Positions 15,327 to 26,928 of a DNA stretch of 64,000 bases are shown here, piece by piece (positions within the stretch are counted from its first letter, which is position 1; each line of letters starts with the position of its first letter). This DNA is from Eledone cirrhosa (Eukaryota). The notes under the pieces were generated by a model, which saw nothing but the letters and a program-made list of their open reading frames with translations, made no database searches and was not told where the DNA came from. The stretch lies in NCBI GenBank assembly GCA_964016885.1, contig OZ024748.1:20212001-20276000 (forward strand), read 5' to 3'. Both the position numbers and the translations under genes were made by a program.

Positions 15327-16567
15327 TAATATAGAGCAGTTTTATAAATAAATATAGACATACCCTTAAAGAATGCGACCATTACTGTTGGAAGCTCCCG
15401 GGAGCATACACACATACATGCACACATTTATTCAGTCATATGTATATATATTTACGTAGACAATGATGTAGGCGTTCTTTGATTTCTCTTACATATATTT
15501 ATATAAATATTTATAATATTTATATATATATATATATTTATAATATTTATATATAATTGAGGGCGGCCAACCGGGGTAGAAGCTGCTAAATGTTCGGTCG
15601 CCCTCATGTCTCTGATTTTCAGCCCCATGGATTTTGTCTATTATATTCCTTTGTTATATTTCGAATACCTGATGATGTCACCAGATTCATACTGAACCCG
15701 GTCATTGAAATGATCATAGTATAATAAACCTTTTAAGGAATTACACCAGTCCAGCCTCCTGTTATTTTATAATATATATATATATATATAGAATAGAATG
15801 AAACGAAATTTCATTTCTCACTCTTAGTTACTTAAATGTAAGTATGTATGTATGTGTATATATATATATATATATATTTATAATATTTATATATATAAAA
15901 TAAAAAAAAACTTTTTTCAAAACTGTCTAATGTCCCAACCTATTCTCTCTCTGAACTCTACATTTCCTGACGAATGACTTATGTCCAAAGCACCGAACCC
16001 TCCTCTACTTCCACCTAAGTGTGATACTAACAAGACTTTGTGTTTTTGCATCTTTGTGTTTGTGTTGTCATTTCTTGAAATATATATGTAAATATATAGT
16101 TTGGATCTAGCTGTCGAAACAGCCAGAGCTCAGCTGTAGGGGTCGTGAATCTTTTCATATTACCCACTCTACTACCCAAAGTATCAAGTACTCTGGTGGG
16201 TTATGGTCCACCTGGTTTTTTTACCACACCCTATCTATAACATATATATATATAAAGATTAAGAAGCACCAAAGAGTCAATATGCTATAAAACTAACACA
16301 TTTCATCCAGTAGAGCTTCATACCGAGGATGTGAAGTTACAAAATTTGAAATCTTAGAATTTTTTCTTTTTTTTTTCCAAAAACTTATTTAAATTTCCTT
16401 ATGTTTTTATACTGTAACCATCAAGTTTAGGTTCAAAATCGGAATCATCAGAGTTTATTTTCACAAGTTATCAGTTTACATATAGATCGATTATAGAGAT
16501 GGCAGCAACAACAATATATACAGAAAGAATTTCAAATAGGGAATCAGAATTTTTGTGAGGTATTTAA

Positions 16568-16788
16568 CCCTTTAGCATTTAAACCAGCTGTATCCGGCCA
16601 CAATTCGTTCACCTCTTTCTGTTCAAACTGGCCATAACCAGCCACTCATACTTATGTTAAGGTAATGTTCTCAAAACAAATAATATCAAAATCTCATAGA
16701 TACAATATTATTTGAAATAATTATGTAAGATAAAGCCTTTATCACAAAAATACAATAGTATATATAGAGTAATGTAAATGTTAAAGGG
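16568..16788 (+). mobile_element. Complete piggyBac-like MITE, 221 bp
   Basis: TTAA at 16564-16567 and 16789-16792; terminal inverted repeats CCCTTTAGCATTTA / TAAATGTTAAAGGG. Confidence 0.85.
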
Positions 16789-17239
16789 TTAATGATGTGG
16801 AAACATGGTAAGATGTAGTTTCTCAGAAATAAAGCTGGGAGAAAAGTTCTTTAAAAAGATAAATGACATACTTGAAACGTTATTGGTTATTGAGCATGTG
16901 TGGTTAGAATCAAGTATATTCCATAGTTAGTTATATTACGTGCTCAAGAAATGAAAGCATACTTGTTTATTTATTATCTTCAAATTAGAAACAATTTAGA
17001 AAAATGGCCATTGTAAAAGAAGATTAAGTTATTGTACAATTATATATAACTTACTTAGGGTTAATATTATTCCAATTACTTAAAAAATGCATATATTTAA
17101 TTATTTGCTGTATAGAAATATTTTATCAAATTTTTCATTTTTAAAACTATTTATTATTAAGTTTTTAAATAAAGGACATGGGTTTTCTGTTGAACATTCA
17201 GTTCACTTATGTTACTATACCACTAGTTACTTTTTAATT

Positions 17240-17425
17240 CTCTACCTCTTTCTGTTGAAACTGGCTGTAACTGGTCGCTCAAACTGATGTTAAAGTATTG
17301 TTCTCAAAATAAATACTTTCAAAATCTCATAGATTCGATATTATGTGAGATAATTATGTGAGGTAAAGCCATTACTGTGAAAATATGATAGTATATATAG
17401 AGTAATGTGAATGCTAAAGGGTTAA
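17240..17425 (+). mobile_element. Partial third copy of the same MITE
   Basis: Matches 16610-16792, ends atgctaaaggg|TTAA. Confidence 0.75.
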
Positions 17426-17520
17426 TAGCATATTGCAGCTTTGCGTGAACCCCATTACATCAGGCTTTATACCCTCTGGTAAAGTTTATACCCAATAATA
17501 GTAACACTGTTGTTATTATT

Positions 17521-17551
<31 letters not shown>

Positions 17552-17621
17552 GTATTTCCGAAGAAAAGGTAAAGGAAAGAAAAAGGTAAAAAAAAAATAT
17601 ATATATATATATATATGAAAG

Positions 17622-17728
17622 AGACCTCATCACCTTAGCAAGTGACTTCAATGCTTCAATGGACATGTTAGACAGTGTCAGGATGGATTCACTGGAGTTC
17701 ACGGTGGCAATGGTTATGATTCAAGAGA
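17622..17728 (+). pseudogene. RTE apurinic-endonuclease fragment
   Basis: Translates across a frameshift to DLITLASDFNA...GFTGVHGGNGYDSR, matching the RTE GDFNGHVG..GVHGG.GYG.RN motif. Confidence 0.6.
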
Positions 17729-17844
17729 TAAACACACACACACATACACCACATGGTGGTGGTAAATGCAACAGCCTTCAGCGGTTTCCATCTACCAAGT
17801 TCCACTAACAAATTATTTGTTAATCTCACACTCCTGACAGCCTT

Positions 17845-18165
17845 CCACATGAATCTTGGGTAATGACTGAAATAATACGATCGTAAATACAAGCGGCCGA
17901 AATGGGGTTCCTCTGAAGTGTCTTTAGAGTAACATTACTCGATAGAATGCGTAACTTGGGAATCAGAGAGAGTCACTCCAGGTAGAGCCACTACTTCTCT
18001 GAATTGAGTGATCACAGTTCCAATATTATGGCCATGTGGTTAAAATGTCTCAGGAAAGAATCGCTGAACATATTTTACAGCCAAAACCAACCACGGGCAG
18101 ACCCTGAGCAAGATGGTTGGATAACAGCCATCAGCTTCGCTTGTCTCACTTGGAGATATGCTGCT
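17845..18165 (+). pseudogene. Old RTE (Rex3/Expander-like) ORF C-terminal fragment
   Basis: HESWVMTEIIRS*IQAAEMGFL...EPLLL*IE*SQFQYYGHVVKMSQERI...GRP*ARWLD with stops. Confidence 0.75.
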
Positions 18166-18514
18166 TCTGACAACAACAACAACAACAACAAGAAAAAGAA
18201 GAAGATGACAACAACAATGATGGTGGCAATGATGATGACGATGAAGAAAAGAAGATATTGGTCAATCTAATGCTATAGTAGAAGACATTTTCCCAAAGCG
18301 CTACATGGGCAGAACCGAACGTAAAACCTAAAACCATGTGTTTATTAAGTAAACTTCTTAACTCCACAGCTTTAGCTTCGTCTGTGTATATATTCATATA
18401 TGTTTGTCCATTTAAATATATATACATGTATATATTTTTGTCCATTTATATTATATTTTTATTCATTGATATATATATATATATTTATATATATATATAT
18501 ATATATACATATAA

Positions 18515-18617
<103 letters not shown>

Positions 18618-18619
18618 TT

Positions 18620-18651
<32 letters not shown>

Positions 18652-18659
18652 CACATATT

Positions 18660-18716
<57 letters not shown>

Positions 18717-18884
18717 ATACATATATATATACATTTATATATATATATACATTTATATATATATATATACATATATATATACATATATATATACATATAT
18801 ATATACATATATTCATTGATATATATATATATATTTATATATATATATATATACATATAAATATATATATAAATATATATATAC

Positions 18885-18915
<31 letters not shown>

Positions 18916-18919
18916 CATA

Positions 18920-19015
<96 letters not shown>

Positions 19016-19949
19016 TTATTTATGTATATATATATATATATTTCTTTGCGTTTATATTTCCATTAAACTACTTTTCTGTCTTTCATCGTCGTCTGAGTGC
19101 ATAAATAATAACAGAAGTTCTTTTCTTCATCCAGATGGCAATAATTCAACCAAGCGTTCTTGGAAGAAGGAAGCAGCTACCTCAAAGATCTTTCCAAAGC
19201 TGCTAAATATTTGAAAAAGCATGATTTAGCTTAGCGATTTATTTCAGAAATGTTGGTCACTGCTGCTAGAAATATCCATCAGTTTTTGTTTGGATAGCGT
19301 CAAACTGTGAGATGTCGAACGACGGCTTAAAGAAAGATCTTTTAGAGGAATATTACAATAATAATAATAATAATAATTTTTTTTTTTTTTTTTTTCAAAA
19401 ATAGTTTAAACCAACAAACAAATAAATATGTAAGAATTTCTCTCAGGACTTTTTAAGACAACTACTCAAAGAATTACTGTTCTGAGATTATTTTGGAAGG
19501 AATGGCAAAATGGCGTTACAAGAACAAAAACAAAAAGAAAAAGAGGAAAAAGAAGAAAATGTAAAATAAACACATTTTTCAAGAAAAAAAAGTCACTTTT
19601 CTGTGTATGCTAGCAGCATTGAACTAATAATTAGCTGATATTTTCCAGAAGAACTCATCTCAAACATGATTTTAGGAATTTAGAGGAATTTTTTATCTGG
19701 TGTTTGATTTCAATGGATGTCTTCTAACTGATGCATGTAATGCAACAACAACAACAACAGCATATTATACAACAACATATTGTACAATAGTGATAGCAAC
19801 AACATATTGTACAATAGTGACAAACAACATATTGTACAATAGTGACAACATATTGTACAATAGTGACAACAACAACATATTGTACAATAGTGAAAATATA
19901 CAACTAAACATATAGTACAATAGCAACAATATATTGTTGTGATATATTA

Positions 19950-20618
19950 ACAATATACCATAACAACAACAATATATAGAATATTAACAACATACCATAA
20001 CAACAACATATAGAATATTAACAACATACCATAACAACATACCATAACAACAACATACCATAACAACATACCATAACAACAACAAACCATAACAACAACA
20101 TACCATAACAACAACATACCATAACAACAACATACCATAACAACAACATACCATAACAAAAACAAACCATAACAACATACCATAACAACAACATACCATA
20201 ACAACAACATACAATAACAACATACCATAACAACAAAATACCATAACAACAACATACCATAACAACATACCATAACAACAACAAACCATAACAACAACAT
20301 ACCATAACAACAACATACCATAACAACATACCATAACAACAAACCATAACAACAAACCATAACAACAACAAACCATAACAACAACAAACCATAACAACAA
20401 CATACCATAACAACAACAAACCATAACAACAACATACCATAACAACATACCATAACAACAACAAACCATAACAAGAACATACCATAACAACAACAAACCA
20501 TAACAACAACATACCATAACAACAACATACCATAACAACATACCATAACAACAACATACCATAACAACAACAAACCATAACAACAACAAACCATAACAAC
20601 AACAAACCATAACAACAA
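19950..20618. repeat. (ACAACAACATACCATA)n minisatellite
   Basis: 13-16 bp units, direct inspection. Confidence 0.9.
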
Positions 20619-20669
20619 TGTACTATTTCAATAATATATATTAACAATAAACTCCAACATTACATATGC

Positions 20670-21477
20670 ATGTGTGTGTGAATGTGTGTGTGTGTGTATC
20701 TGCTGGTGTGTGTGTGTGTGTGTGTCTGTCGGTATGTGTGTATCCGTTGGGGTATGTGTCTGTTGGTGCGTGTGTGTGTGTATGTGTTGTCGGTGTGTGT
20801 GTGTATGTGTTGTCGGTGTGTGTGTGTGTGTCTGTCAGTGTGTGTGTGTTTGTCAGTGTGCGTGTTTGTGTATGTCAGTGTGTGTTTGTGTCTGTCAGTG
20901 TGTGTGTTTGTGTATGTCAGTGTGTGTGTGTATGTGTTGTCGGTGTGTGTGTGTGTATCTGTCAGTGTGTGTGTGTTTGTCAGTGTGCGTGTTTGTGTCT
21001 GTCAGTGTGTGTTTGTGTCTGTCAGTGTGTGTGTGTTTGTGTCTGTCAGTGTGTGTGTGTTTGTGTCTGTCAGTGTGTGTGTGTTTGTATCTGTCAGTGT
21101 GTGTGTGTTTGTGTCTATCAGTGTGTGTGTGTGTGTGTTTGTGTCTGTCAGTGTGGGTCTGTCAGTGTGTGTGTGTATGTGTCTGTCAGTGTGTGTGTGT
21201 GTCTGTCAGTGTGTGTGTTTGTGTCTGTCAGTGTGTGTGTGTCTGTCGGTGTGTGTGTGTCTGTCAGTGCGTGTGTGTGTGTGTGTGTGTCAGTGTGTGT
21301 GTGTGTGTGTGTATGTCACTGTGTGTGTGTCTGTCAGTGTGCGTGTGTGTCTGTCAGTGTGTGTGTGTGTGTGTCTGTCAGTGTGTGTGTGTGTGTCTGT
21401 CAGTGTGTGTGTGTGTGTGTGTCAGTGTGTGTGTGTGTGTGTGTCTGTCACTGTGTGTGTGCCTGTCAGTGTGTGTA
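20670..21477. repeat. (GT)n + ctgtca compound repeat
   Basis: Direct inspection. Confidence 0.9.
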
Positions 21478-21628
21478 TTGCTATTTGTTGTTCAATTTCA
21501 GCGGAGTTCCCATGGATTAACGTTGGTGATCTGACAATTAGAATATTCTAAAATTTCTTATATCATAATATATATTATCTGACATTTGTGTGTGTGTGTG
21601 TGTATATATATATTTATATATATAATGT

Positions 21629-21726
<98 letters not shown>

Positions 21727-21827
21727 TATATATATTATATATAAATATATATATATTATATATAAATATATATATATTTATATATATAATGTATATATAT
21801 AAATATATATAAATTATATATAAATAT

Positions 21828-21943
21828 AAGCTCACGGTGGAGATGACGAAGGACCGTGACTAGTGGAGAGATGCTGTGCTGAATAAGACCCGGCCCACCC
21901 TTGCAAGGAGGGAAAAGCGGACATAAAATGATGATGATGATGA
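21828..21943 (+). mobile_element. Short 3' end of RTE family A
   Basis: Near-identical to 24882-24995 (aagctcacggtggagatgacg...gcggac(a/g)taaaatgatgatg). Confidence 0.9.
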
Positions 21944-22127
21944 TATATATATAAATAAATAAATGAAAGGTATAGAAAATATTGTAGAAAAAGCCAACAG
22001 TATTCCATAATATATAAGTGACTTTTGCGTCAAAATGCGAAAAATAGTTAACGTAAGATGTGGGAAAAATAATTCAAACTCAACTCAAAAAGAATCAGGA
22101 TATAGATTCATCCAATAGAATTTAGTG

Positions 22128-22166
<39 letters not shown>

Positions 22167-22345
22167 TATATATAAATATATATACATAATATATATATAT
22201 ATATATATGTATATTATATATATTTTATACATATATATTGTATAAGATATATACATATTATATACATACACATATATGATATAATATATACATGTGTGCG
22301 ATATAATATATTATATAACATATATCTATATAATACATATTATAT

Positions 22346-22376
<31 letters not shown>

Positions 22377-22503
22377 CATCATCATCATCACCGTTTTACG
22401 TCCATTCTTCCACACTAGCATGGGTTAGACGCGTTGTCCTGTTGTGGGCAGTGTCTGGTCGGCTGACCATGCCTTGCTCATACAGGAACTGCATATAACT
22501 GTG

Positions 22504-22535
<32 letters not shown>

Positions 22536-22627
22536 CACCTTGATTTGTCCAACCCTAGCTAGCTGGGAAAACAGACACTAAATGATGATACATAGATGTG
22601 TCTGTGTGTGTGTATATATATATAGAG

Positions 22628-23263
22628 AGAGAAGACCCGCCTTACCTAAATACAAAGTAAAACCTACTACAGTCAGTAGGCATCTCTAACAAAATACACC
22701 CCCGTCCCACCACCCCCACCCCATCCACACCGCCCCTTTCAATGTAAAGTTATGTTGGTGCCACAACATCCAGGCCGAAACAAATGAGATCGTGTAGGTG
22801 TCACAACAAAAAACACACAGTCCACGCTGTAATGTGGCCATGTAGGCAACACAGTAAAAACCTCCCAGCCCCACACTGTAAATGTGGTTGGTGTTAGGAA
22901 GGGCATCCAGCTGTAGAAAACCCGCTAGACTGTCCACGCTGTAATGTGGCCGTGTAGGCAACACGGTAAAAACCTGCCAGCCCCACACTGTAAATGTGGT
23001 TGGTGTTAGGAAGGGCATCCAGCTGTAGAAAACCCGCCAGACTGTCCACGCTGTAATGTGGCCGTGTAGGCAACACGGTAAAAACCTCCCAGCCCCACAC
23101 TGTAAATGTGGTTGGTGTTAGGAAGGGCATCCAGCTGTAGAAAACCCGCCAGACAGTCCTATGCGAGCAAGACAATCACTCTTGCCTCAAGTGGGAAAAC
23201 CCTCGTCCAAACCCATGCAAGCGTGGAACACGGACGTTAAACGATGATGATGATGATGATGAT
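22628..23263 (+). mobile_element. 3' UTR of RTE family B with internal 112-bp triplication
   Basis: Begins with last codons EKTRLT*, matches 49912-50330; gtccacgctgtaatgtgg at 22820, 22932, 23044. Confidence 0.9.
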
Positions 23264-23677
23264 ATATATATGTATATATATATATAGAAATATATATATA
23301 TAACTATATATATATATATATATATAGTTCTTTTATGTGTGTATGTATGCATGGGATATTCTTATCAGAGCTTATCAATTTCATGTCTGACCAGAGATAA
23401 TGCTTATTTTTTTGTACACATACACACACACACGATTAGACACATGTGAGAACATATGCATGCACACACATACATATATTCACATACATATAAGCACATA
23501 CATATACACCTATAAGCAAATAAATATGTTCTCATACCTACATACATATATATATACACATACAACCACTCCCATATACACACACACAGATACTTATACA
23601 ACATGTACAGACATAAACATGCATACTTATATATATATGAATAGGTGGTCATAAGTTCCTATTGTAAGGTTGACATG

Positions 23678-24016
23678 CTAGTGACACAACAAAAAATGCC
23701 TAATCCCCATGGTAAGGTGGTTGTGCTGGTGACACAACAAAAAGCACCCAGTCCATACTGTAAGATGGTCAAGCTGGTGACCCACCAAAAGGCATCCATT
23801 CCACACTGTTAGATAGTCGTTTCTGGTGCCATGATAAAAAGCACCCAGTCCACACTGTAACATGGTTGGTGTTAGAAAGGGCATCCAGCTTTAGAAACCA
23901 AGCCAAAATACAGAACTATAACAGCCTTTTGGTCTCTGAAGCTGGCTTTTTTCATAACATGACAACCCGTCTAACCCATGCAAGCCTAGAAAAGTGGGCG
24001 TGAAACGATGATGATG
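23678..24016 (+). mobile_element. Older non-autonomous RTE-related element: about four 48-bp units, GGGCATCC module, RTE-type tail
   Basis: 48-bp periodic gtgacacaacaaaaa/cactgtaa units, then gggcatccagct...ccgtctaacccatgcaagc...(GAT)n. Confidence 0.65.
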
Positions 24017-24204
24017 ACACACATACAAATATACATAAACACACATATGAGCGCATATAAGTGCACATATAGACATATCAATGTACATATATAAACATAT
24101 ATATATTGATAGTCAACCGAGACTTTCATCAAATCGGACCGAGGAAACAATGTTTCCATTCGTCTTTCCAATTGCTAATACTATCTATCTGTCGCAGCTC
24201 CAGA

Positions 24205-24329
24205 TAGAAGGAGCAATGTGAAATAAAGTGTCTTGCCCAAGGACATAACGCATCAGCCAGTCCGGAAATCGAACTCACAACCTCGCGATTGTGAATCCAA
24301 TTCCCTAACTACTCAGCCACATGCCTTCA
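24205..24329 (-). mobile_element. tRNA-derived SINE head (truncated)
   Basis: Reverse complement: gaaggcatgtggctgagtagttagg (A box) ... gagttcgatttcc (B box) ... gtccttgggcaagacactttatttcacattgctcc. Confidence 0.75.
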
Positions 24330-24368
24330 CATATATATATATATATATATATACATATACACACAGCT

Positions 24369-25006
24369 ATAGAAGTGGTGGATAGCTTCCGGTACCTAGG
24401 AGATCAGATTAGCATGGGAGGAGGGTGTTCCGAGGCCATAGTATCTAGAATAAGGACGGGTTGGAAGAAGTTTAGGGAGCTGCTTCCTCTGTTGACGAAG
24501 AAGGGTTTCTCCCTGCGTACGAAAGGCCGGTTGTATGATGCCTGTGTGAGGAGCGCGATGCTGCATGGTAGTGAGACATGGGCAGCAACTGCAGAAGATA
24601 TGCGACGGCTGGAGAGAAATGAGGCAAGCATGCTCCGTTGGATGTGCAGTGTAAATGTGCGTGAACGACCCAGCATAAATGTGTTGAGAGAGAAACTGTG
24701 TCTGAGAGGGATAGAATGTAGTGTACGGGAGAGGAGACTGAGGTGGTATGGACATGTGATGCGCATGGAGGATGACCGATGGGTGAAGAAGTGCCAGGAA
24801 ATGCCAGTTGAAGGAAGACGTGGTAGAGGTAAACCACGAAAAACATGGGCGGAGGTGGTGAGAACAGACCTCAGATCATTGAAGCTCACGGTGGAGATGA
24901 CGAGGGACCGTGACGAGTGGAGAGATGCTGTGCTGAATAAGACCCGTCCCACCCTTGCAAGCAGGGAAAAGCGGACGTAAAATGATGATGATGATGATGA
25001 TGATGA
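24369..25006 (+). mobile_element. 5'-truncated RTE LINE, family A (open ORF to 24980, (ATG)n tail directly after stop)
   Basis: IEVVDSFRYLG...MLHGSETW...RLRWYGHVMRM...RGRGKPRKTW; no stops in about 200 codons; (TA)/(CA) flanks. Confidence 0.95.
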
Positions 25007-25125
25007 CACACACATACATACATACATGATAGATTTGTTAACATGTTTTTGTTAAGCTTATGTGTGCATAGAAAAACAAGCACATACACCTATCAATGCA
25101 TATATATATGTATATATACATATAT

Positions 25126-25480
25126 GGAGGCACATGGCTTAGTGGTTAGAGCATTGGCCTTGCAATCAAAAGGTTGTAAGTTCAATTCTCAGACCGGGTG
25201 ATGTGTTGTTTCCTTGAGCAAGACACTTTATTTCACATTGCTCCAGTTTACTCAGCTGTAGAAATGAGATGATAGGGACTGGGGTCCATATCATTCCACT
25301 GCAAAGTGGTCGTGGAGGTGCCACAGCAAAAAAGCACCCAACACTCACTGTAAATGAGGTTGGTGTTAGGAAGGGCATCCAGCTGTAGAAACCAAGCCAG
25401 AATCAGTTCCCGTCCCACCCTTGCAAGCAGGGAAAAAGCGGATGTAAAATGAAATGATGATGAATGAATGATGAAATGAT
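25126..25480 (+). mobile_element. tRNA-derived SINE with RTE family A tail
   Basis: A box tggcttagtgg, B box gttcaattc, tccttgagcaagacactt, two 48-bp module units, tail cccgtcccacccttgcaagcagggaaaa shared with 24943-24980. Confidence 0.9.
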
Positions 25481-25501
25481 ATATATATATATACATATAT
25501 G

Positions 25502-25555
<54 letters not shown>

Positions 25556-25580
25556 CATATATGTATATATATATATGTAT

Positions 25581-25611
<31 letters not shown>

Positions 25612-25633
25612 CATATATGTATATATATATATG

Positions 25634-25700
<67 letters not shown>

Positions 25701-26027
25701 TAGGTTCATTAACATGTCTGTGAAGCTATAAATTAGATAATTACACACAAACAACCTGTTTCTACTTAAATACTCCAAACAAACCCTCCTCTCATTTCAA
25801 CTTTTTAATCTTTTTGTCACCAAAACTTTATTTCATCATTTTTTACAATTTAACCCACCCACATAAAATGTCTTCCTTCTCTCACCATTCCATTATCTCA
25901 AAGAACTTCCTTTCCTTTATCAAATGGTTCAGATTTCCCTACAGAGTCTCATCTCTTCTAACACATTATATATACATTTGTATATTATATGCAAATTATA
26001 TATACATTTATATTTTATATATACATG

Positions 26028-26082
<55 letters not shown>

Positions 26083-26146
26083 TCAAATTACATATACATA
26101 TATATTATATATATTTAGTGGTATATTATATGTAAATTATATATAC

Positions 26147-26188
<42 letters not shown>

Positions 26189-26266
26189 TGTATTCAAATT
26201 ACATATATATATATATTATATATATATAGTGGTATATTATATGCAAATTATATATACATATATTAC

Positions 26267-26332
<66 letters not shown>

Positions 26333-26401
26333 TATATTCAAATTACATATACATATATATTATATATATATAGTGGTATATTATATGCAAATTATATATA
26401 C

Positions 26402-26451
<50 letters not shown>

Positions 26452-26559
26452 TTGGTATATTATATATACATTTATATTCATTTCAACAATTAGATGCCTA
26501 TTACACATCCATCAACTTATTTCTATCATATCTTCCTACAAGTCTTACATCTTCTCTCA

Positions 26560-26895
26560 TCTCTCCCTCACTCCAGCTACTCTCATAACCACTAACACTC
26601 AAACTAGTCATCATCATCGTCATCATCACATGCTCCCTCACTCCAACTACTCTCATAACCACTAACACTCAAACTAGTCATCATCATCGTCATCATCATC
26701 ATCATCACATGCTCCCTCACTCCAACTACACTCATAACCACTAACACTCGAACTACTGTTATCATCATCATCATCATCATCATATGCTCTCTCACTCCAG
26801 CTACTCTCATAACCACTAACACTCAAACTAGTCATCATCATCATCACATGCTCCCTCACTCCAGCTACTCTCATAACCACTAACACTCAAACTAG

Positions 26896-26928
<33 letters not shown>

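Noticed and set aside
16295-16326. Minus-strand hammerhead remnant (ATGAAGCTC-TACT-GGATGAAATGTGTTA)
   Set aside because: CUGA part missing and stem II mismatched; too degenerate to call
25126-25200. tRNA gene
   Set aside because: A/B boxes continue into a SINE body and LINE-derived tail; no complete cloverleaf
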